From: a virus
IMG/VR virus record: IMGVR_UViG_3300009152_000003
Coordinates: 19,981-83,980 of that record
Length of the DNA stretch: 64,000 nucleotides
Reading direction: 5' to 3' (one strand)
In this document: piece by piece, positions 56,259 through 64,000 of the stretch
Position numbering within the stretch: the stretch's first letter is position 1
Layout: every line of letters begins with the position of its first letter
Notes under the pieces: model-generated
Told to the model about the DNA's origin: nothing
Databases searched by the model: none
Seen by the model: only the letters and a program-made list of their open reading frames with translations
Translations under genes and position numbers: made by a program

Positions 56259-56930
56259 ATGGCCCAATGGTTAATTCCCCAGGACCTGCATACCCGTATT
56301 ACCCAGGGGCCACTGTGCCCATTTACCGAGCACAGCTACGGCAGTCTCGATGGCTTCATTCCGCGCTACGACGACAGCCACGCCTGCGTCCGCTGCATCG
56401 GTGCCTTGACCGAAGGGCGGCTTGAGCTCAGCATCAACCGGATTCACAAGACCTATCGGCGCAAGTTCCTCGAGTTCTGGTCTTTCGTTGCGATCGAGGA
56501 CCCCGATGAATGCTGGGACTGGCAAGGGCACGTCTATGGCGACGGCTCGTCGAGCTATTTCCCCCTAATGCGGCACTGGGGCAAGGGCCGCCAGTATTCA
56601 GCCCCGCGAGTGGCGACTTGGTTTACCTGGGGCGACATTGGCCGGCTACCAATCAATCATGTTTGTGAGAACCGGTTCTGTTGTAACCCTCTTCACATCA
56701 GGGTGCGCGGCGTCAGTCACTTCCACCACCGCCGCCACCTGCTCACAATTGACCTAGCCGCCAGCCGTCGCCGACTGATCCGGGACACACAGGAGTACCT
56801 TGAGGTCACCCGTGATCGCCTGCCCAAGACTTACGGCAAAATCGAAGCCGTCAACGCCGATTGGATCCGCCGCCGAATTGAGCAGGACGGGCCATTATCG
56901 GCCGAAGGGCTCGAGCCCGACGACTCGTGA
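56259..56930 (+). CDS. HNH (His-Me finger) endonuclease-like protein
   Basis: FWSFV...DECWDWQG...APRVA...INHVCENRFCCNPLHI. Confidence 0.8.
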   Translation: MAQWLIPQDLHTRITQGPLCPFTEHSYGSLDGFIPRYDDSHACVRCIGALTEGRLELSINRIHKTYRRKFLEFWSFVAIEDPDECWDWQGHVYGDGSSSYFPLMRHWGKGRQYSAPRVATWFTWGDIGRLPINHVCENRFCCNPLHIRVRGVSHFHHRRHLLTIDLAASRRRLIRDTQEYLEVTRDRLPKTYGKIEAVNADWIRRRIEQDGPLSAEGLEPDDS

Positions 56931-57001
56931 CATTGTGACCGCTGCAGCTTGCAGAACTGCATGCCAGGGGGTACGGTTCTGCTGGAGTCCGGCCCCGCTC
57001 T

Positions 57002-57715
57002 GTGCAGAACCCGTTCAAGGCTGAACTTGTCGCTGCCACGCCACAGCCGCAGCAGGTCAGCTACATCGCTCTCCATACCGACTATTCGGAAGAGTTTTGC
57101 CCGACAACCGACATCCCAGAAGATCGCTGCGGTGAGATCGCAATTGCCCGGCTGCTTGAAAGCAAGCGCGGCCACTTCGGCCCCCTGGAGCACGCGCACA
57201 TGACATTGCTGATCCAGATGGATCACAACTCCATGGTGCAGCTCCGTACCCATCGGGTCGGCTTGAGCTTTGACGTCCAGTCGATGCGCTATACCGGCCG
57301 CCGCATCGAGCGTGTTGCCCGGGGCGAGGCCCCCGTGGAAGAGGTCTTTTATTTCCGTCCGCCAGGCGTGTATCGCGATCGCCAGGGTGACAGCTACGAA
57401 TGGACAGAGCATCAGAACGTCACGCTCAAAACCCTGGCCCTCAATGCCGCCCAGGATTACGCCGACCTTCGCTCCAGAGATGTCACAGAAGAGCATGCCC
57501 GTTACGTGCTTCCGACCAGCTATTTGCAAAACGTTTGCCTGACCGGCAACATCCGCAGCTGGTTTCACCTGCTTGACGTGCGCAGCAAAGCTGATGCTCA
57601 ACAAGAGGTCCGCTGGGTCATGGAGCTCATCGCAGGCCACGTCCAGCGCTGGATCCCCGAGATGTACGGCTGGTACGAGGCCAACCGACTCAACCGCGCC
57701 ATCCTCGCCCCTTGA
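57002..57715 (+). CDS. thyX: FAD-dependent thymidylate synthase
   Basis: GHFGPLEH, QLRTHRVGLSFDVQSMRY, EHARYVLP, NIRSWFH and AQQEVR motifs. Confidence 0.93.
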   Translation: MQNPFKAELVAATPQPQQVSYIALHTDYSEEFCPTTDIPEDRCGEIAIARLLESKRGHFGPLEHAHMTLLIQMDHNSMVQLRTHRVGLSFDVQSMRYTGRRIERVARGEAPVEEVFYFRPPGVYRDRQGDSYEWTEHQNVTLKTLALNAAQDYADLRSRDVTEEHARYVLPTSYLQNVCLTGNIRSWFHLLDVRSKADAQQEVRWVMELIAGHVQRWIPEMYGWYEANRLNRAILAP

Positions 57716-57718
57716 CTC

Positions 57719-58162
57719 ATGGCCCGTCCGTCCCGCTCTGAATTGCTGCGCAAGTTCTTCCCCGAGCTCGGTGAGACCGGCACCGGCGGAGAAACAGAAG
57801 CAGCCATCGCCATCAACACCCGCGCCTGCGAAGCAGTCCTGGCCGACATGATCGGCATGTTTGACAAGTCATTCAAGGAGAAGGGCGCTGGAGTCTTGAC
57901 CCTCAACTTGGCACTGCAGGACCGTGGCGGCTGTTACGTCACCCTTGATGAGCTCTGCGAGGACTTGCTGATTGCTGATGCCATGGGGCAGAGCGGCGTC
58001 AGCGCCATGCTTAAAGACACCATCTCCGTCGTCCGGCTCAATAACTACGAGGAGCGAGTCCTCCTTCTGTTGATCGATCGCAGCAAGGCCAGCCTGCTGC
58101 CAGTCCCCAGGGACCATCCCGCCCGCAGCATCCAGCAAGCCCAGGAGGCCGCAACGCTATGA
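57719..58162 (+). CDS. hypothetical protein
   Basis: 147 aa, coupled. Confidence 0.65.
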   Translation: MARPSRSELLRKFFPELGETGTGGETEAAIAINTRACEAVLADMIGMFDKSFKEKGAGVLTLNLALQDRGGCYVTLDELCEDLLIADAMGQSGVSAMLKDTISVVRLNNYEERVLLLLIDRSKASLLPVPRDHPARSIQQAQEAATL

Positions 58163-58413
58163 GCCGGCGCATCGAGCTGGGCGACGTCCTCAAGAGCCGC
58201 TCGGGTAAGCGCTGGGAGGTCGTGCGCCGCACAGAAGACAACCTCAGCAAGGGCATCTTCAAGGTGATGATCACTCTGCGCTCAGTAGGGTCGTACCGCG
58301 AGATCCAGAACTCCGAGCTGCACCTCACGCAGAGCATCGACGCGGGTCTTTGGCATCAGCTGCCCCGCGGCGGCGACACCCTGCTGGAGATCCTGGAGCC
58401 AGAAGACAGCTGA
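58159..58413 (+). CDS. hypothetical (SH3/KOW-like) protein
   Basis: IELGDVLKSRSGKRWEVV; coupled. Confidence 0.55.
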   Translation: MSRRIELGDVLKSRSGKRWEVVRRTEDNLSKGIFKVMITLRSVGSYREIQNSELHLTQSIDAGLWHQLPRGGDTLLEILEPEDS

Positions 58414-59051
58414 TGCCAGCCCCCGCCGACCGCCGCGACCTCGCCCCGCCGGCGGCGGTGATCGACGTGGCGCGCTGCACTATGGGTGCTGTCGACCTGG
58501 ACCCGTATAGCACTGCCGAGGTCAACCACGTCGTCCAGGCCGCGCGCTGGCTTGAGCGCGACAGGGACCTATCGATTTCCGCAGGGCGCCACTGGAGTCC
58601 ACTTGGCAAGAAGCGTGTCCTGTTGGCCATACCCAGCGGCATGAAGGCTAGTCGCGTCCTCGCCAATAAACTGTTGCACGAGTACCGCGGGGGGCATATC
58701 TCCCAGGCCATTCTCTGGCTGGGCTCCAACGAAACCTTGGCCGCCTGCCCGTGGATCTGGGACTTCCCGATTTGCATCCCCTGGGTCCGGCTAGCGCCGA
58801 CCTTCTGGGATGACGAGCTGGAAAGGTCGACTCGAGTCACGCCGGCTGACTGGTCGCCAATCGTCTACTTGCCCCCGGCAAGCCCTTCTGAGGATTTCGC
58901 CTCGGGGCTGGCACGTTTTCACGCCGCGGCGTCTCCTTACGGCCGCATCGTGCTTGACCAGTGGAGCGGCGATGGTCGTTGGCGGGATTGCTACCAGGCC
59001 GCCACAGGCAGGCCTTATGGCGCTGCCCGCAACCGAGAGATCGAGGCCTGA
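58413..59051 (+). CDS. phage N6-adenine methyltransferase-like protein lacking NPPY
   Basis: PPAAVIDVARCTMGAVDLDPYS..EVN..VQA matches the phage Dam-family N-terminus; RVLLAIPSG sits where VFxNPPY is expected. Confidence 0.6.
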   Translation: MPAPADRRDLAPPAAVIDVARCTMGAVDLDPYSTAEVNHVVQAARWLERDRDLSISAGRHWSPLGKKRVLLAIPSGMKASRVLANKLLHEYRGGHISQAILWLGSNETLAACPWIWDFPICIPWVRLAPTFWDDELERSTRVTPADWSPIVYLPPASPSEDFASGLARFHAAASPYGRIVLDQWSGDGRWRDCYQAATGRPYGAARNREIEA

Positions 59052-59054
59052 GCA

Positions 59055-59612
59055 ATGCCGCACCTCCCTTACGCCTCTCACGACGGTGACGAGTTCCGCC
59101 ATCCCGTTGAAGGCTGGCTACTGCTTTGCCGGACCATCGTCTTTGACAGCTGGATTCTCTGGCGTCATGCTTTGCCGACCGACTGTTCCGGGCAGGCCAT
59201 GCTCGATGCGGAGACAGCCGCCTTGATCACGGCTTTGGCCGAGCAGCTGCATGCTGTTCATCTGCGGCTGCCGGACTACGCCGGGCTCGATGACACGCCG
59301 TTCGTCTTCACGCGCTGGTGGGATCCCCGCTCGGACGACGAAGCCTTCCGGAATGGCAGTAGCTGCGTGTTTCGCATCAAGGGGCAAAGTGTCCAAGCTC
59401 TTGTTGAAGCGGTGAATGCTGCCGCCCCAAACAACCTCACCTTGACGCCGCTTTACCCCGACATGATTGGCCGGTGGGAGGCTTCCGATTGCGACCTATT
59501 GAGAGCCGAGCTCAAGAGTACAGATCCAGCTTTCCTCGCCCAAAACGTGCCTCCCTGCGGGCGTCTGTTGAGGAAGAATCAGCGCCGAACGCGCCGGAAC
59601 CTTGCTCCGTAA
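59055..59612 (+). CDS. hypothetical protein, possible degenerate peptidase M15A fold
   Basis: ITALAEQLHAVH...PFVFTRWWDP...NGSSCVFRIKG resembles the M15A scaffold without the Zn ligands. Confidence 0.4.
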   Translation: MPHLPYASHDGDEFRHPVEGWLLLCRTIVFDSWILWRHALPTDCSGQAMLDAETAALITALAEQLHAVHLRLPDYAGLDDTPFVFTRWWDPRSDDEAFRNGSSCVFRIKGQSVQALVEAVNAAAPNNLTLTPLYPDMIGRWEASDCDLLRAELKSTDPAFLAQNVPPCGRLLRKNQRRTRRNLAP

Positions 59613-59832
59613 AGGTTTGGTTGGATTCGATCCGATCTGCGGCCCGGGCCGAGTTGATCATTGCCCCCTGACCAACGCCCGCTGAGCCGCTTTCGGCACC
59701 GGTGTAGCGCCCCTCCCCCTGCAGACTGCGGGCTTGCATGCGGGCCTGGGCCAACTTGGCGCGGGCAAAGGCTTCCTCCCGGGCTTGCGGCCGGGGGGAA
59801 GCACCTTCGGTCTGCTTGTAGCGACGATCCAA
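59512..59832 (-). CDS. hypothetical late protein
   Basis: 106 aa; upstream TAGAGT. Confidence 0.5.
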   Translation of the reverse strand: MDRRYKQTEGASPRPQAREEAFARAKLAQARMQARSLQGEGRYTGAESGSAGVGQGAMINSARAADRIESNQTFTEQGSGAFGADSSSTDARREARFGRGKLDLYS

Positions 59833-59856
59833 GGGTTCCCCTGGGCTGCAGCGACT

Positions 59857-60363
59857 CTAGGCAGGCCGCTGACCAATCACTCCAGCACTGCGCAGCTTCT
59901 CCCTGAGTCGATCGTTCATAGCTGTGATCTCGCTGATCAGGGCCGCCGGATCAGAAGGGGCCACCTCGGCCGCCGCAGTCGGCCATGGGTCCGCAACGCT
60001 GGGCGCCTGAACTGCACTGCTCATCGGTGCCATCGCGGCGCGACTGGCGGCAGCTTGACGCTGCCGTTGATCCTCGATAGCGGCAAGCTCGGCAAAGGCG
60101 GCGGAGACTTCGCCGCGGGTGATTAACTGCTCAAAGGCGGTGATCTCCAGGTTTTCAAGCTGAGCACCAAGACTCAGGAGACCCTGTTCGTTTCTGATGC
60201 TCGTCTCGGTAGCTACCTGAATTGAGTGCCGCACCACTTCGCCGGCGACTAGGGCAATCTGTTCCCGCTGCCTGGCGGCAGAGCGGGTTGCCGTGTGCCA
60301 ACCGGCGTAACCCAGGCCGGCACCGGTAACGCCCAGGATCAGGGAGGCGATTGTCGCGAGCAT
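59857..60363 (-). CDS. membrane-anchored coiled-coil protein
   Basis: N-terminal TM segment followed by a coiled coil; possibly lysis-related. Confidence 0.6.
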   Translation of the reverse strand: MLATIASLILGVTGAGLGYAGWHTATRSAARQREQIALVAGEVVRHSIQVATETSIRNEQGLLSLGAQLENLEITAFEQLITRGEVSAAFAELAAIEDQRQRQAAASRAAMAPMSSAVQAPSVADPWPTAAAEVAPSDPAALISEITAMNDRLREKLRSAGVIGQRPA

Positions 60364-60454
60364 GGAGCTCCAGCAGTTTCAACCGACCGTAGCAAGCAAC
60401 TTGCCCGCTGGCTCGTGCAGGTAACCATGGATCACCCGACCCTGGTCGTTCTCC

Positions 60455-60640
60455 TCAGCGCTTGGCTAAGGGGAGCACGATGCCCGCGAGGATCTCGAGG
60501 GCCCGGTAGAGCTTCACGGCAAATCGGCCGGCACCGTCAAGAGCCTCATCGTCCTTGGGACTGGGGGTGAGGTTGCAGATGACCAGTGCAGCTGTATGCA
60601 GCGCCACGGCCAGGGCAACGAGGTCGTCGCATCGATCCAT
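60455..60640 (-). CDS. holin-like small membrane protein
   Basis: LVALAVALHTAALVICNLTPSPKDD...LYRALEILAG. Confidence 0.6.
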   Translation of the reverse strand: MDRCDDLVALAVALHTAALVICNLTPSPKDDEALDGAGRFAVKLYRALEILAGIVLPLAKR

Positions 60641-60723
60641 GTTCAACTCGCGTGATGTTTTCCAGCGAAAGCCCTTGCGCACTCGCTGCCAGCCCAGGCT
60701 AACTCCAGCCTGCACTGGCGCTA

Positions 60724-61929
60724 TCAAATGCCCTGGAAACCGCCGCTCTTGAGGATTTCGCGCACCTTGAGAGAGAGCTCTTGTTCCTGCCCCACGGGGA
60801 CCTGTGCGGCCGGTACATCGAAGGCTTGGTCGGAGTAGTGGAAGCTCTTCTCGGCGTGATTGCCACCGTTGACGGATCCGATCTGAATACCTTTGCTCTT
60901 CAGGAGTTGCATGGCCCCATCGCGCTCGGCCTTGCTTCCAAAGGCCAGGTGCTCGTGATAGTTCGACCCCCCGTGGCTGGGGTCGTATCGGGAGTGCGAC
61001 CTGTCCCCCGTCAGATACTCAATGACTTGGCCTGCCTTCTTGCTCCCTTGAGCCGCGACAACGGCTGCCCCGGCTGCGGCTGCCGGCGCTGCTTGCTTGG
61101 CCGTTCCAAACACTCTTTCCATCAGGTTGGAGAAGACGTTTTTTACCATGTCCTGCGGCTGCATCCCAAGTTGTTCGCCAGCCATCCGCTGCTTCGGTGA
61201 GGACGAGCCGTCCGCGGCAGCAAGAGCAGAGGGGGCGCCGAATCCTCCGCCCCCGGATCTCTCGCCCGCAAAGCCGCCCCTAGTGATCTTGTTGACCAGG
61301 TCGGCGAACGTGGCTCCCGCCGTGGGGACGGACTGGATCTGAGGATCACTCTTGGGCGCCCCGGCTCGAGCCGCTGCGCTGCCAGTGATACCGCCTAACA
61401 GCCTGCTGGTGAACTCCTGCAGAGGGTCAGCCCCTGTGCCGCCCCCCTGCTGTCCAGGTGGGCGCTCCTTGAGCGCATTGACGGTCTCACCACCCGCCGC
61501 GCTGATAGCGGGGTCGAACCGTGCGGCAAACCTGTTGTAAAGGTCGCCACCGGGCATCATGCGCTTGGCGGCCTTATCGGAGTTGGTCCCGAAGCTATCG
61601 GTTCCACTCTGGCCCGGGTTACCAACAAGGACCGTGCGGTAGAGCTCGGTTGGACCATGGGTTCCGGGCTTGAACCCCCGCTGATCAAAGTATTTGACGA
61701 CATAGGGCATCTGCTGCTCAATCGACATTGGTCCGTCGGGCAAGCCAACTTCGCGGCGAGCGTCTGGCCCGAACTGGATCAACCCCCTGTACTTCCCTCC
61801 AGCGCCGCCCCAGACATTGGGATTGACATTGGACTCAAGTTCCATCAAGCCGCCGAGCACTCGAGGGTCTACGCCCAGCTGCCTGGCCCCGGAGGCAATG
61901 GCGCGTGCATCCTTTGCGGAAAGGCTCAT
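60724..61929 (-). CDS. two-domain peptidoglycan hydrolase (lysozyme/SLT-like N-terminus, M15-like C-terminus)
   Basis: LMELES...YRGLIQFG (catalytic Glu, GLxQ) and C-terminal HAEKSFHYSDQAFDVP (SxH...AxD). Confidence 0.75.
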   Translation of the reverse strand: MSLSAKDARAIASGARQLGVDPRVLGGLMELESNVNPNVWGGAGGKYRGLIQFGPDARREVGLPDGPMSIEQQMPYVVKYFDQRGFKPGTHGPTELYRTVLVGNPGQSGTDSFGTNSDKAAKRMMPGGDLYNRFAARFDPAISAAGGETVNALKERPPGQQGGGTGADPLQEFTSRLLGGITGSAAARAGAPKSDPQIQSVPTAGATFADLVNKITRGGFAGERSGGGGFGAPSALAAADGSSSPKQRMAGEQLGMQPQDMVKNVFSNLMERVFGTAKQAAPAAAAGAAVVAAQGSKKAGQVIEYLTGDRSHSRYDPSHGGSNYHEHLAFGSKAERDGAMQLLKSKGIQIGSVNGGNHAEKSFHYSDQAFDVPAAQVPVGQEQELSLKVREILKSGGFQGI

Positions 61930-61938
61930 CCGGTTACC

Positions 61939-62286
61939 TCAGTCTTCCAGCCCGAGGGCGATCGCCTCGATGTCCACGTCATCCATTCTGGCGGCTTCCA
62001 TCCGCTCGTTCATATAAGCCGCCAGCTCTTCAGTGCTTGGCACCCTCCCGAAGACCGCGGCGACCTCCTCCTCTGTCTCGGGCAGGGGCTGGAACTCGCC
62101 GCCCCGCATGCTGGTCTCAATGCCCGCGGCTTCCATGACGACACGAAACCAGTGGCGCTCGACCAGCAGCAGTTCATGCGCCTCTAGGACCATGTCCGCG
62201 AGCTCTTCACGATTGCAAGTGCGCAGCTGGTCCTGCAGCTGCCGCAGCTGGAACGCTTGCTCAAGCGTGAGGGCGTCTTCCTCCAA
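61939..62286 (-). CDS. nblA: NblA-like protein with acidic C-terminal extension
   Basis: LTLEQAFQLRQLQDQLRTCNREELADMVLEAHELLLVERHWFR matches the classical NblA pattern (LxLEQxF...REEL). Confidence 0.7.
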   Translation of the reverse strand: MEEDALTLEQAFQLRQLQDQLRTCNREELADMVLEAHELLLVERHWFRVVMEAAGIETSMRGGEFQPLPETEEEVAAVFGRVPSTEELAAYMNERMEAARMDDVDIEAIALGLED

Positions 62287-62385
62287 GCGTCTGCGGTAGC
62301 TGGCATCAGCCTAAGAGAGTGCGTGACAAGGCACCCGTACCGCCGGTCATGGCTTACACTTTCGCTCCCCTCCCCCCATGGCGTC

Positions 62386-62649
62386 ATGGCCGCCCAGGTT
62401 TCTCGCTACGCCCCGACCGTTGCTCAGCGAGCGCCAGTCCAGCGCCCGATTGTTCAGCGGGACTGGTACCCGACGCGCCGCGCCGCGGCGTTGTTAGGGG
62501 TCTCCGAGCGCACCTTGCGCCGTCGCCTCGGCAGCAGTGACTGGATCGACGGACTGCACTACCGCTGGGTGACACGTCACACACGCCGCACGCTTGAGGT
62601 CAATATCGCCAACGCAATCAGCCTGATGAACCGCAAGGGTTGGTTTTGA
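62386..62649 (+). CDS. excisionase/MerR-like HTH DNA-binding protein
   Basis: WYPTRRAAALLGVSERTLRRR...GLHYR. Confidence 0.7.
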   Translation: MAAQVSRYAPTVAQRAPVQRPIVQRDWYPTRRAAALLGVSERTLRRRLGSSDWIDGLHYRWVTRHTRRTLEVNIANAISLMNRKGWF

Positions 62650-62698
62650 TCGCCTGGGAATCTGGAGTGGCATCTGCCGGTCTTCCGGGCTCGTGCTT

Positions 62699-63826
62699 TC
62701 AGGCCAGTCTTCCACTCACCCAGTAACCCCCAAGACTGCCGTAGTCGCTGTAGCCGTTGTTGAGGGGATCGCCAAAGCCAACACCATCCACCTTGAGGAA
62801 GTAGGTGCCGGCGTCCAGGTTGAGATTGAAGCTGGCGCTCAGCTTGTCGAGGGGATTACTGCTGGCGACCACGGTGCCATCGGCGGCGTGAAGGGTGGCG
62901 GCGATATCCAGGTTCGGACTTCGGCCGGCGAGGATGCGGCTTGTAAAGCCTCCAGTGAAATCTCGCACCCACGCTTGCAGAGCAGTGGTGATGGTTAGGT
63001 TCACGAGCCCAGAGGCTGTAGAGAAACGAAACCAGTCGCAATCCGTGCGGCTGGTGATCGTGCCGAACTGGCTCAAGCTGCAACCGCTGAGCGTGGCAGC
63101 GGTTGCGGCTGTATCGCCGAAATCATCAGACCGAAAACCAACATTGGCAGCGATGATGGCCAGGTCGTCTTCCTTGTTGTTGGCGCCGCTGTATTCGCCC
63201 TGGCTCCATTGGGTCACCAATTTGTAGAGACTGGAGCCCATAATCGGAGCCCAGCCCGCACCCTTGCCGCCCTGGCCCCCGTAGTAGGAGGTGGAAGATG
63301 TGCCATCGTGACGAAGGCCGAGAGTGTGGCCCGCCTCGTGGCTGATGTCCTCGGCTGTGTATTTTTCGTTGCCGTTGCCAAGGTTTTTGGGAAACACAAA
63401 ACAACAGCCAACGGCAGGATTGCCAAAGCTGCTTAGAAGCGCAGCCCCACCGGCTGAGCCGCCGTACCAGTCACTGGAGCTTCCGCCAATCACAACCCTC
63501 ACCCCCCAGGCGGTGTCGGCTCTGCCAGAGTTGGCCAGGGCGGCGTCGCCGGGATCTTCGGTGGTGACATTGATGCCGAAGGGAGCGAAGTCCTCGGCGA
63601 CACGTTGCCAGATGAACTGGATCCGCTCCAATTCGGCACCACTGAATTTAGACGAATCCTTGTCAGTATTGAACGCTGGAGTTGTGATTGCGGGTCGAGT
63701 TTTTGTGTTCCAGGCTGATCCGGTTGTGGCGTGACCGTCAAAGTCCAGGTAAATGGTCTTTGTGGCCGTCGGGTTGCTATGCAGCCGGAAAGTGTTGGCT
63801 GGATCGACGCGAGTGGAGAGAGCCAC
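62699..63826 (-). CDS. metzincin zinc metalloprotease with a PPC-like C-terminal domain
   Basis: HEAGHTLGLRH, Met-turn APIMG, TIYLDFDGH, VAEDFAPFGINVTT, and DWFRF...LDAGTYFLKV. Confidence 0.85.
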   Translation of the reverse strand: MALSTRVDPANTFRLHSNPTATKTIYLDFDGHATTGSAWNTKTRPAITTPAFNTDKDSSKFSGAELERIQFIWQRVAEDFAPFGINVTTEDPGDAALANSGRADTAWGVRVVIGGSSSDWYGGSAGGAALLSSFGNPAVGCCFVFPKNLGNGNEKYTAEDISHEAGHTLGLRHDGTSSTSYYGGQGGKGAGWAPIMGSSLYKLVTQWSQGEYSGANNKEDDLAIIAANVGFRSDDFGDTAATAATLSGCSLSQFGTITSRTDCDWFRFSTASGLVNLTITTALQAWVRDFTGGFTSRILAGRSPNLDIAATLHAADGTVVASSNPLDKLSASFNLNLDAGTYFLKVDGVGFGDPLNNGYSDYGSLGGYWVSGRLA

Positions 63827-64000
63827 GATTAACCTTTAGTGGGTGAACTGTGTGTCTTAAGTTTAGCTGTTCCGTTTATCACGCGAACACCCGCACCGGA
63901 TTCAGCGGGGTCAACACATACGGCTCCCACGCCTCCGGGAGATCTCCGATGAAATTCACATGCCAGCCCTGCAGGAGCACAGGGGCTTCCAACTGCCCGC

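Noticed and set aside
63830-64000. Riboswitch or tRNA upstream of the protease
   Set aside because: No recognisable conserved motif or cloverleaf, and the region is truncated by the window edge.

Overview
This window is a GC-rich tailed-phage or prophage segment with a cyanobacterial host, probably Cyanobium/Synechococcus-like. The host call rests on two NblA-like genes, DUF3288, a cyanobacterial-type RHH protein and at least 12 HIP1 GCGATCGC sites. Layout: (1) 1-16.0 kb, minus strand, is a late/packaging block with terminase large subunit, probable portal, a scaffold-like protein, many Gly/Ala-rich probable internal virion or ejection proteins, and an embedded PAPS-reductase-family gene. (2) 16.0-16.7 kb is an unusual low-complexity non-coding tract at the strand switch. 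(3) 16.7-41.4 kb, plus strand, holds about 60 small early genes, including Gp157, DUF932, a GHKL ATPase-zincin fusion, GP88-like, SSB-like, clamp-like and PD-(D/E)XK nuclease genes. A perfectly conserved 15-mer (CACTCAGCAGTGCAC, 7 copies) heads transcription units here. (4) 41.4-45.3 kb holds a late-type gene island, an HNH nuclease and an XRE regulator. (5) 45.5-59.6 kb holds a primase-helicase, a probable origin, dNMP kinase, ThyX, a mosaic accessory region and several apparently catalytically dead enzyme homologues. (6) 59.5-64 kb holds lysis/virion genes, a second nblA, an excisionase-like HTH and a host-like metalloprotease. No major capsid, integrase, RNA polymerase, tRNA or CRISPR array was recognised. 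The best candidates for undescribed biology are the repeated hairpin leader/promoter cassette, a shared R-x-A-G peptide tag on late proteins, and the set of pseudo-enzymes. All family calls come from visual motif recognition, not database searches.
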